The notes under the pieces are model-generated. The model worked only from the letters and a program-made list of their open reading frames with translations. It was not told where the DNA came from and made no database searches. A program made the translations under genes and the position numbers. Positions 13,757 to 25,400 of a DNA stretch of 64,000 nucleotides are shown in pieces; positions within the stretch are counted from its first letter, which is position 1; every line of letters starts with the position of its first letter. The stretch is from Diadema antillarum (Eukaryota): the NCBI RefSeq assembly GCF_040938485.1, contig NW_027271449.1:1612001-1676000 (forward strand), given 5' to 3'.

Positions 13757-14635
13757 TAAAGAGGGGGCATGCGCCCTCTGGATCCGCCACTGACCAGGGA
13801 GGTGATTCGTCTCATCTCCCCGATACTACAAAGCATTTCACTTTCTCTGAATAATCTTGTTCTTAACTCTTCTTTTCAAGTTATAAGTTGGTAAATTTTC
13901 CATAAGAGAAATTTCTAATAGCTTCCCTCCCCCCACCCACCTCTCTCTAAGCAAAGTATACAGTAGAACAAAAGTAGAACAAAAAACAAACACATAGCGA
14001 TCACAAAAATGAAAAGATACCTCTCCAGCCATATTAGGCAAGCTACTTGATCAGAATCAGATGAATGAAGGCACGAATATTTATCATTTGCAGATGAACC
14101 CCCCAGCATAAGTGCTTCAAAAATGTGAATAAGGGATAGAAAAAGCCAAGGTAAAAATGTCAATCAGTATAATCGAAGTTCAGTATTGTTTAAAATGTGA
14201 ACACCAAAACTAGAATAAACCATCTAGAGTTATGATCATTGAGAAAATTAGTGATATTTCTGCTCATATTTGTGGCTTTATTGCCAAATATGTATATGGT
14301 AGGATGTTTTGTGATTCTACTGAACTATACATATGCATCGAATGTGATAATTTGAATATTTTCTTAATAATCACTGCTTACAAATGTAAACAGTGGCTTT
14401 AAAGCAGCAAATTAATGATGATGTAAAAGGCATGACTGTATTAAGTTCTCATGTAGGGAAATCACTCAGAACATCTAATCCTGTGAAAAGAAAAATGCAT
14501 CTTTCTCTTCCAGCTTTCATTCCATAACATTATAGGACAAATCTGGGTCTAAACAACTTTGCAATAAATCTTGTCTTTTTTTTTTACTTTGATGAACAAT
14601 CAATGGCAGTTCTTGTACAAAACCAAAAGGAGACA

Positions 14636-14680
<45 letters not shown>

Positions 14681-14821
14681 CATCTTAGTCACATGACCCT
14701 TTAGATGGCCCCCTGGGATGATGCCATGTCATGTGACTTATCAAAATTCAAATGGTAACAACAGCCTTTTTTGCCAATGTAATCTTGATGACTATTCTCA
14801 TGATCTGCTGCCATTTCACTA

Positions 14822-15008
14822 TACAGGCACCTCCCATTACAACAAAGTCCTCGGGACTGGCAGTTTTCTTTCATTGTATCAAAAGGTTTGTCATAGCCAA
14901 ACAATAAAGTTTATAAAGACATTTGTATGGAAGATAATTTTGGGACCTGAATTTTTACTTCATTGTGACAAGAATTTTGTGTGTTCACTGCAACAGGAGT
15001 GCACTGTA
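14822..15008. mobile_element. Tc1/mariner-type MITE
   Basis: TA|CAGGCACCTCCCATTACAAC ... CAACAGGAGTGCACTG|TA; related to 17598-17787. Confidence 0.6.
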
Positions 15009-15499
15009 CTTATTTAGAGAACCCCCCCCCCCCAAAAAAAAAAAACAAAACAAAACAAAAAAACTTCCTTTTACGTGAAATTCTCTCTATTGGCATCCCC
15101 ACACTGTATCTCAGACTTGCATTTCTTTTCTTTTCACCTACATGCTTTGCAAGCTGGTCAAAGAGTGGAGAACATTGTGTGAAAAGCAAATTACAATTAC
15201 GTTCTACAGCTACCTGAAATGCCTATACAATCCACTGATAAAAATAGGATAATAGGATAAGTTCTAGCAAATACGAGGTCACAAAACTCATGGATGGATG
15301 ACACAACAGAAGACACACACACAAAAAAAGAGAATCAGATCAAGGTATTTGGGGGAGTAAGGAGCTTTGTATGATAATCATGCTAAAAGGATAGACCAGT
15401 GTGTGCTTTGTAGAAGGAAAGAAATTTTATGTTAGTTTCCTGTTTCTTTGATAATGTAAGAGTCAGGGTAGGGTGGCAGAGAGAAAGGGGGGGGGGGGT

Positions 15500-15505
15500 G
15501 GATTG

Positions 15506-15554
<49 letters not shown>

Positions 15555-15570
15555 TGAGAGAGAGAGAGTG
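15500..15570. repeat. (GA)n microsatellite
   Basis: Direct reading; similar arrays at about 190-220, 12305, 19720 and 46920. Confidence 0.95.
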
Positions 15571-16149
15571 GATGGACTACACACTTTCTTTGACCACTGA
15601 CCATTCATTGTGATAAGACCAGTCTTGGGTGTAACGGTCCAGTGCCAGGACCTTGCATGCATCACATACCCCCAGCAATGGCTAAGCTGGACTTTGAGAC
15701 AAAGGCCAACACACTGTCAATGCACTATCTGGAATGGTTCACATCAGGACACGGCAGAGGTCAACAAACTTTGAAAACACATTTTTGTAAACAAATTCTT
15801 TCCTCGTTATATATACAGGTGTATTTTTTTCAGCTTCATTGGTCTCTGATTTCCTCATGATGGATTGATGACAGCCCCATATTCAGTATGTGTGCATAAT
15901 TATATTCTCACAACAAACCAACATGATCCTATTATGAAGCACAGAAAAGTTTCAGAAAGATTGACAGATAAATATTCAGACAAGTGTACCACTTCTCAAG
16001 ATTGCTGGAGTTTGCATGTGCAGAGTGTATTTCTGTGTGCATTTGTCAACAAAGAGGGCAGCATACTGATTCAAACCTTTGGCAGATGCTACCAGTGGGC
16101 CAATGGATTATAACAACTCTGGAGCTTGCCGTGTACACAAGAAAAATAG

Positions 16150-16325
16150 TAACACCAACATCATCATCACCACCACCAACACCATCATAATCATCATTAT
16201 CACTATCACTATCAATGTCTTGTCATCACCATCCTTCTTCTCCTCCTCCTCCTCCTCATCATCATCATCAGCAGCAGCAGCAGCAACAGCAGCATCCTAA
16301 TCCTCATCCTCCCCATTGGCATCAT
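16150..16325. repeat. Compound trinucleotide microsatellite (CAT/CAC/CCT/CAG)
   Basis: Direct reading. Confidence 0.9.
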
Positions 16326-17035
16326 TATAGTGAAAGTAACACTTTGACTCACTCTAACATAGCCAATGTAAAAGAAGAACTCTGGATGATTTTCAGACTT
16401 TTGTATTTGAACATCTATAAATTGGTAACACTGGGTACAGTGTCATAGAATTTATAGTACTTCAGATAAGGAATAAGAATGTTTCAAAATCCATAACAAA
16501 TCACAGTGAACAAAGATGATGTCCTAGCAGCTTCATATAAAAATGCATGATTGGGTGCTCATGGAAGCAGAACGGAAGAAGAAAGCATGCATTAATTCTT
16601 CATGGGTGAACTTGTTAGAAAGCAGTATTGTAATGGAATTACATTGCTACAATACTGGAAAATGAGAGCCTCCTGTGTCATCACCCTTGTTCAGTAATAT
16701 CATTATTATTTTTTTTTCTTCAGAGCATTGGTTTACCTGCTCAAGAACCACAATAAATTCCTCAAATCTATCAATGGCACTATCAATTTATGTACTACAT
16801 GAAGTGAAATTATGGAAATGTCTGGAATTCCCCTTTTAAAATGAAAATGGTCTTGTGACAAGTAAGCAAAAAGTCCCTCAAATTCTATCTTACAAACACA
16901 CACACACACACACACAAAATACAATCACAAAACCCATGGAACAAGAAATGAAACTAAGGTAACAAAGCAACAGACCAATCACATTTGACAGTGTAGACCC
17001 TTAGTAGCATGTATCGAGCTACAGTGCCAAAGACT

Positions 17036-17425
17036 TTAAAGGGATCATATAGTTTTGGTTGAGACCTAATTTCAGGTTTCTAACATTTTTTGGTGAGATA
17101 ATGAGAAACCTCTTATGAAATACGAAAGAGCATGTAATTCCATGAGGAATTCAACATTTATTTGATGAAAATTGGTTTTGAAATGGCTGAGATATCCAAA
17201 ACAGAGCGATTCTAGTAAAGTGTGGGACCCACACTTTATTACTATCGCTTTGTTTTACTTTGTTTTTGGATGTTTCAGTCATACCAAACCCGATTTTCAT
17301 CAAATAAACTTTGAATTCCTCTTAAAATGGTATGCTCTGTACTATTTCGCAAGTGTTTTCTTGGTATCTCGCAAAAAGTTAAAAGCCCAATTCTCATCTT
17401 CACCAATACTGTATTATCCCTTTAA
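17036..17425. mobile_element. Kolobok-type MITE family A copy 2
   Basis: TTAA|AGGGAT ... ATCCCT|TTAA; internal sequence shared with 5734-6122. Confidence 0.8.
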
Positions 17426-17597
17426 ACAAAATGCCAACAGAAATGAATTGAAAGTGTAAACAGTGTGGAAGATATACAGGGAATGGAAACAGAAGAGGGT
17501 GACAAGATGACATCATGGCAGACAATATGAATGTGCCTGTGAGTCTTCCCTATAAATATCCATTTCTTGTGACCTGTTGAAGCCACTTATGTCAAAT

Positions 17598-17787
17598 TAC
17601 AGTAGACTCCCATTATAACGAATTCCTCGGGACCGGCAGCGTTCTTTCTCCATAACGAAATTTTGTTATCGAACAAATAAAAAATAAAAAAACAAAAGTG
17701 GATATTAGTTGTTGCGGCCTGAAAATTTACTTCGTTGTAACCGAAATTTCGTTATAATTGTGTTTGTTATAACAGGAGTGCACTGTA
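17598..17787. mobile_element. Tc1/mariner-type MITE
   Basis: TA|CAGTAGACTCCCATTATAAC ... GTTATAACAGGAGTGCACTG|TA. Confidence 0.7.
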
Positions 17788-19323
17788 TCTCTATTTAGCC
17801 ACAGTCCAGAAATATGCTTCATCTTGAAAATAACCCTGAAATACTTTAAGTCTGATAAATTAATTTTATTCAAATCTTTTGAAGCAGTCACCATCGAACT
17901 TTTCATCTTGAAATCTGACTGTCATTACACATTTGACTTCACATCTTACAAAGATGGCATTAACAGAATTATTGCAAGACATGTACTTATATGTATTTAT
18001 TACATATTTCTTATTTCTTTTACATTTTTGATGGAGGGTAGTTCCCCCTGTAAATAATATCACTGGTACAGTAAACTTTGCCATTTGAATTTGACACTAG
18101 ACATTTTACCTTTATTGAATATTTACCAATGTGTGAATGGGCAATCTTATAATGGTCACAACATTGATGCTTCATCATAATACCTTAAGCCTTCTTTCTG
18201 AGGTCACCATGGATGGTAACAGATGATAATAGAGAGAAGAATGGACAAATGAAAAAACCTTTGTAATCATGGCAGCTGATGACAGATGATGCACAGACTG
18301 AGATAGATTTCACCCGCTGTGCATTCAACATGAGTACTATGCAGAAATGCAAAGTTTAATTCCACCACTGTATGCCAATCACCTGTGTTTGGTCACTCTT
18401 ATGTTTATGTGACACTGGTAGCCCACTTTTGTTAATCATCTGAACTGATACAAAATTTACTTCAAATGCTATACCTAGGATACTTCAATAACACTAACAT
18501 GAACTTTCAGAGGAGCATACTTTCACACGTAGAACAAGATACTGTAATGAGCATTCCATTTAGGTTTGCAGTTTTCCTTTATTTCTCTCAGGGTGAATAC
18601 AAGGAAAATCTATCACTCTTTACAGATAAATTCTGGCTCAAAAAAGTATTTCAAAAACCAAGACATGATTTCAAGTAGTATAGCTGGATTGTTCAACATT
18701 AAATGTAGTATTTTCTTTTTAACTGCATCTTTCATTTCTTCTTTCATTCAAATACAGACTGAAATCAGATGCCATGTCCATGAGTAAGTCCTTTACAAAA
18801 ATGGCTCTGAATATTCATGATCAAACTATTGGTATTTAAATTCATAAAATGAAAATACCAAACAAAAATTTGAGAGTCCCACATATTAAAATCTATGTTG
18901 CCTCTTTTTAATATAAGTGAGCTTCATAAACTGTTGAGTCATCTTAACTTTGCTTTCAGACACAATGAAGAAAATGAAAGAAATTTGCAAAATTCAGCCA
19001 TTGAAAACACAATCGTTAGTTTTGCTCTGAAGAACCAAACGGTACTTTGCACATGGAGGCTTACATCTACATAAAAGTCATTGATATACTGACTACAAAG
19101 AATGAAGCCGTAACCCATCTAGAGGCCTACCTGCTCTGTAATTACTTCAAATTGCAAAAAGTCATACCTTCTGTAAACATAATATATTCCCATACACAGC
19201 TATCTAGTCTGAGTACCTCTGTATATGTTAGTCAATCTCTAAATAACAAACTTGTCCCTGCCAGTATCCAATCTTAAGCAACAGTAATCTTTGATAATGA
19301 TTGCAATTCATTATTCTCATTAA

Positions 19324-19590
19324 CAGGGTGGCACACTAACCCATTTTTATGTACTGGTCTGACCTGTCCATTGGACCAGTAGATACCAAGTTTTTCCACA
19401 TTTTACTGGTCCGAACCTAAAATTTACTGGTCCTGCTCTTTTTTTTTTCTGACTAGCCCCGGCAATGTTATTTTTTTTTTTTCACCGGTCATATTGGACC
19501 AGTAAATTTGGCAGTTCCTGAAAAGTTATTGGCCAGACAATGATTTTTACCGGTCTGGAACCGTCGGACTGGCGCCAGTGTTAGTGTTAA
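19324..19590. mobile_element. Degenerate CAGGG-terminated MITE with ACTGGTCC subterminal repeats
   Basis: CAGGGTGGCACACTAAC at the left end; GTTAGTGT near the right end; TSD not resolvable. Confidence 0.5.
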
Positions 19591-19994
19591 GCGTTGTCTT
19601 ATAGACCGAGTGCCCCCAGATATTGCCACATTTCTGTTGAGGTATGCATACTTACAAGCCTAATTAATAGTTTTCAAGAGCATATATTACTTTTCAATAT
19701 CAACTCACGAAGATCTCCACCGAGAGAGAGAGAGAGAGAAAAGAAAACTTCTCACATCTATTCATAATTAAATGCTTGTTTTACTATAACAAATACTGTC
19801 TGGTTGACTACTTATTTATCTATAATGTCACAGCTATACTAGATAAATCTATATCTCTTTATATCTTTTTAAAAATATCTGTAAGAACTGAAAACAAACA
19901 GGACAAAAGACTGGACTATCACAAACCCGATAGAACTCTTTGAAAACTCATGGAACTAAACGCTCGCATGTTTTTAGACCTATACACATGATAT

Positions 19995-20630
19995 GGTATA
20001 GTAAATGAGATTATATACCTCATAAGTGAGATTCGTATCACTGATTGGTCAAAAGTATATCACGTGACAAGGTGTAGTCCCGTCTATCTTGCCGTAGGGT
20101 TTTCATGTAAGTGATAGAAAGGCAAAACCCTCCTGATAGAAAGGCAAACCCCTCGTGATAGAAAGGCAAAACCCTCGTGATAGAATTCGTAAACCCTCCG
20201 CGACTTTTGTACACATAACAAGTACACTAGACTTCGCGCGCGGTGTCCGCAACCCCTCCACCCACCCACAAGGAAGTTCACTACGCGCATCGTATAAACA
20301 CATGTGCAAAATCATCGCACTAGCGCACAGAGCAGGCATGTTTCAACGTGGCATGGTGATCGAGCGCTCCTCCGTGATTTGAAGTGAGCTGGATCAAAGA
20401 TCGTACACTTTGCAATTAAACGATGAGGTATATAAAACAAATATTAACTGCTCTGTATTCGGATGGTGGTGGAAATTATCACTCCCTCGGTGCTTTTCAT
20501 ACCGACCCTTCCATCACCCCTCGGCTAACGCCTCGGGGTGATAGAAGGGTCGGTATGAAAAGCACCTCGGGAATGATAATTTCCACCATCATCCTCATGA
20601 GCAGTCAATATTTGTATACTAATTACTAAA
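19995..20630. mobile_element. Non-autonomous element with a long terminal hairpin (possibly Crypton-like)
   Basis: Internal inverted pair TTATATACCTCAT (20011) / ATGAGGTATATAA (20423), four 22-bp tandem units (20112-20199) and a hairpin of about 185 bp (20433-20618). No TIR or TSD seen. Confidence 0.5.
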
Positions 20631-20791
20631 ATTCTCGGTTAGAGCCCAAAAGGAGAAAAAAAAAACCCTTCTCATTTGAGTTTGGAATCATAAATCATGC
20701 ACTTACTGGTATAGTATTTATCTCATATCTTGTCTGAACTGCACAGACCGCCATATTGCCTACAGAGCATACTCTACATGCCACTGTACAT

Positions 20792-20935
20792 CAGGGGGGT
20801 GTTTCATCAACGAGTTCGTTGGAGGTTTTCACCGACAAATTTGCTATCAGCCAATCAGACGCAAGGATTTCAGTAGCTTTTAACAGTTGTCAGTGTAAAT
20901 CACCGACAAAAAGTTTCATGAAACGGTCCCCTGGA
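20792..20935. mobile_element. Short Harbinger-type MITE with an internal CCAAT motif
   Basis: GGGGGGTGTTTCATCAA ... TTTCATGAAACGGTCCC; similar design to 54415-54572. Confidence 0.5.
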
Positions 20936-21077
20936 CCCACGATTCGCGAGTGCCCGTTTCAAAGAGCAGTTTGTCAACAGTGTAAGGTATAGGGCCTACT
21001 GCAGTTACCAAGGTAACGAGTTGATAAACACTACCAGCAGCTTGGTCTTTGCCTTGCTGCTGCCTTCATTACAGCGA

Positions 21078-21293
21078 TACTGTAAAAGTGGATATTTTCG
21101 TGCGACTAATTTTTCGCGCTTGGCCGTGTAAGAAGAGTTACACATGCTTTTAATTCCGCGGAATCAAGTCATCAAGAACTGGAACATATGGCATGCAAAA
21201 ATATTTGCGTGCTTTTATTTTCGCTCTATTAGCTTCTGGTTGCGCAAAATGCGTGAAAATTTCAACACCGCGAAAATTTCCACTTTTACAGTA
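21078..21293. mobile_element. TA-flanked MITE (TACTGTAAAAGTGG family), copy 1
   Basis: TACTGTAAAAGTGGA ... TCCACTTTTACAGTA; copy 2 at 32110-32322. Confidence 0.75.
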
Positions 21294-21333
21294 GTGATGG
21301 GGAAAAAAGACTTCCTTTTTTCTTTCCTCTTAA

Positions 21334-21426
21334 TTAACCTGTCGAGGACAGGCTAATTTAGCTATAACACACATTTCCCATAGACTCCTGCCCGAGTATA
21401 CTCGAGACTAGTCTTCAGTGGGTTAA
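21334..21426. mobile_element. 85-bp piggyBac-type mini-MITE copy 1
   Basis: TTAA|CC ... GG|TTAA; related copies at 23008, 55666 and 56962. Confidence 0.75.
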
Positions 21427-22404
21427 AAATGGGAGTTCTGGAAGCTGTCAGTGCGCCACCACTTGCCCATTCTTGGCCAGTCGACGAAGCCACCCAATTT
21501 ACCAACAGGGCTGGAGAGATCAATGCCCCGGTACACAATCAGTAGTGTGGAACCACAGCGCCTGCCCTGCTGGTTCCCTCTACCAATAGCAACTTGTTGG
21601 CACACAATGTCAAGACCATGTTGGTGAGAAGGTCTTGAAAGGGTTCAAATACCCTACTCTGATATTCCTCAAATGGAACAGTAAATCGCACTCAAAATAC
21701 GACTAATATAATATAAAACTGTACATAAAAGCTATGCGTTTCTTCTGTAAACGATAAGTTCATAAATATATTTTGTACCTAATGCAAAACATGATAGAGG
21801 AAAAACAGGTAAAACAAAATCCAAAGCAAATAACAACAACAACAACAACAATAAACTATAAACTATACTGGCAAAGGAGAGTTATTTGCGATATATGTAT
21901 CACTGGTTTTGAAAGTGGATTGACAGCATGTCTCCAGTCAACAGAGTCTCAATGCCGTTAAGGTGGCAGTTATATCCTATTCCATGGTATCAGCAGGAAG
22001 ACCAAAGTGTTCTCTACATATTGGTGCCAACCTTTTATCAATTTCTAACCATTCTTTTCTTCTTCTTTTTTTTTTTTTCATCTCATGCGAGTGAAAAAGG
22101 TCAAAATACACTTTCATATTTCAAAAGCAGGCAGTTTGACTGATTCCTGATTCTTTTTTTTCCTCATCTCCTTGTCAATATCATCTCCACTACTTGCTCA
22201 GTTTTGGTCCCGAAACTGTCAGAGCTGGAAGCAAAACATTGGATGGTGCAAACAGTTAAATAGGGCAGACATGTAGGATACCCTCTACTGATGGTGGGAC
22301 ACAGAACAGCTCCACCTGCCATACGAGTCCTCCTACGGTGTGAGTTTAAGTACACTTCATGGAATGGAGAAACAAAACATGCAGCTGCCGGACTTTTCGC
22401 TCGA

Positions 22405-22498
22405 TCACACTGACTGGACGGTATTGGATGGCACCTTGGGAACGTAGCCGTAGAGGAATGTGGCTGATATAACAAGGGCAGCTCCAAGGAAGAAAAAG
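22405..22498 (-). CDS. SLC35A3: SLC35A3 last coding exon ([31 protein letters not shown])
   Basis: Acceptor ctgcag|C; TGA at 22407-22405. Confidence 0.9.
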
Positions 22499-25400
22499 CT
22501 GCAGACAAAAGAAACAGAAAAGCAAAGGAAAAACTCAGAGAAATTAGTTGCTAAAAAAAACCAACACAAAACAAAACAAAGCAAAACATATCAATTGAAC
22601 AGAAAGGTTAAAAAGAATTAAACAGAATGCAAAGAAACACGATCAAACAACTTCAAACAAATTATGTGCATACACTTATCACTGGTAGAAACATGCAATA
22701 TATGAATTAATGACAAACAAACACACAAATTTCTTAGTTTAAAGACAAGAATAATGTCGAGCCCTGGGGCTGCTCTTACCTTGTTGGCGTGAAGTCATGG
22801 AGAAGGTAATATGAGATGACAGTCGATAGAATTATTGATAACGACGTTGCAAAGCCTTTTAGGATGTTATCTGCGTATTTGATGACTGCAGCTATGACAA
22901 GGCCACCAAATGCCTGAGGAGGAAAGATATACAAAATGAAAGAAATTGATCAAATTTCATCTTGACTTTCCACCATCATCAACCCTTCACATGCTCAGAC
23001 GTTTATCTTAACCCGTTGAGGACGGGTTGATTTTGCAACAACACGCATTTCCCACAGACACCTGCCCGAGTATGTTCAGGACTCGTCCTCAACGGGTTAA
23101 CTTGCCAAGCTTTTTTTTTTTTTTTCAATCAGCACTCAGTAATCCATCCAAACTTGACTACGACCCTGTTTACACTGTAAACGCGCAGAAGGCCAAATGC
23201 AGTACCAAAATCGGCCGCGCATTTCGCCAAGCTCCGGAGGTAGTCTCGGCCGCGGCTCGGCCGTGGCCGAGCCCGACCTTTTTTCACTGTAAACGCAAAC
23301 TGGGCCAAATGCGGTACCTAATTGCGACCGGCGCGCTCCAAATAATAGTCGTTTGTTTACAAGCAGAGCGCCACTACGACAAAATATTGAAAGGTTTGAA
23401 TTAAAAGCCCGGGCCGGTCCCTCCACTGTAAATGGACAAAATTGCGGGGCCGAGTACCACAATTGAGGCTGGGCTCAGCCTGGGCTCAGCCCGGGCTCGG
23501 CCCAGCCTTGCACGGTAAACAGGGTCTTAGTCATTAAGTTAGCAAGCCCACTAAGATGTAGCAATGTATGAGATTGAGTTTTAGTTTGGTCTATTTCGAC
23601 ATGGTCACTCACTTCAGTCAAAGGCTCTCCTTCAGTGTGTCCGTGAAGCAATAAAAACAAGACAAAGGGTTTGTTCAAGCGCTCTCCTGTAGCAAACTAT
23701 GTCCGTAACATGCACATACATCATAATGCAAAGAGTTCATTCTCTTTGTTCTAGACATCTGTAAGTAGTTCAAGCGTGCCGGATGAATGATCCTTTAGCT
23801 ACAAAATGTGTGACCCCCTCTAAAAATAACACATGAGGTACACTTTCTCAACAGAATGCTCGAATGCTCCAAATCTGGCACAGTACAGTTCAATACAATT
23901 AGCTTTTAAAGTTCAGTTTGCTTTCTTTGGTTTGCTCTAGAGTGCTTGAACACACCCAAAGTAATATAATACAACATTTTATACATAGTATGCATAGCAT
24001 AAGAAAAAAAAAGTATCTTTCAAAATAGTTCAACAGGAACACACGGTGACATCACAGGGATTAGGGCGATTATGTGATCTCTATTCACTGACGATAAGTT
24101 TTCAAACATTTGTGCCAATTTTCAATGAGATAAGCACTTCCACACACATGCTAACTGGTGAACAAAACACAATAAGGATTAATTAATACTCCTTATGTGA
24201 CTTGTAACCAACACACCACAAAAATGATGGGGAAAAATACTTTCATATTACTAACTCATCAAATGCCACTACAATTTCCGTGGGAACAGAAGAGCGATAA
24301 TCTGGAACACACCTGTTTGAAACAGGAAACAATAATCACTACCTACGACATATTCCATGGACCTTAATATTTTCACCATAATGAAATACACCAATGACAC
24401 ACAGTTCTCAGAAGTCATATAAAGACATGAAATAACCATCAGAAATTATAACTCATGCTAAATAAGCAGACATTTAGAAATTGGCATTCACTCCTAATGG
24501 TGACTCTCTTGGGATAGATAGAAAGATATATAGAGAGGTAGAATAGTAGGTAGATGAAAGGATAGATACAATTGTACCTTGACAGATAAATTGGTAAATA
24601 CACTGTAGAAATGAAAATTTCTGCACATTTTGCACAACAAAACTAGCAGGAAAATAAAAGCATACAATTTTTTTTTTGCTTGATATATCACATCAGCTAA
24701 TGATTTGATTCCCCAGATTCCAAAACATGCAAAATTCATCATACTTGGCTGCACAAAAAAACACATCCACTTTCCCATTACACAGGTAAATATCAAACTA
24801 CACATCTCAATGAACAAAGATAAATAGAACAGACACATACATAAATAACTAACTGGCTGACTAAAAAACAAACTAACAAAATGAATAAATGAATAATAGG
24901 ACTGACGGATAAGTAAATGAAAAACTTAAACAAGAAAGTATACTGTTCAATTTATTATGCATGAATTTTTTGGAGGGAATTGATTTCCTGTCTGTGGCAA
25001 ATGGTCAAGGGATGGGAAGTTAGTCTTGCATAGAATGAAATTATTTATTGACTTACTTGTAAGATGACCACAACCCATGTGACTGCTGAGTAACCCTGGA
25101 GAAACCCATTTTCCCGCACCTTGTCGCCATCTTTTCCAATGACGCCTCCGAGACCAAACAGTATCCCAAAGAAAGCTGAAACCACAAAAGACGCAAAAGT
25201 GAGATTATTGCAACCATTTACATAATCATCTTACAATTCCCAATTTACATTAGGCAGGGCTCGACACTAATGGTGGCCCGGTGGCCCGGTGGCCCGGGGC
25301 CACCAAAAATGAAAGTCGGGCCACCAAATTTCAAAAAATGGCAAATTTGGTGGCCCGCCTCGGGCCACCAAATTTTTATAAAAAGTATGTCAATAAATTT

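Larger units (their letters stand above)
12702..13792. mobile_element. CAG...CTG MITE with 5-bp TSD (GGCGGATCC family), copy 1, carrying a nested insertion
   Basis: TIR CAG(G/T)GGCGGATCCA; TSD ACCAG at 12697-12701 and 13793-13797. Confidence 0.85.

Noticed and set aside
22164-22508. 114-aa ORF-track product as the SLC35A3 C-terminus
   Set aside because: It is the wrong frame; the phase-2 splice gives [19 protein letters not shown] with a stop at 22405.
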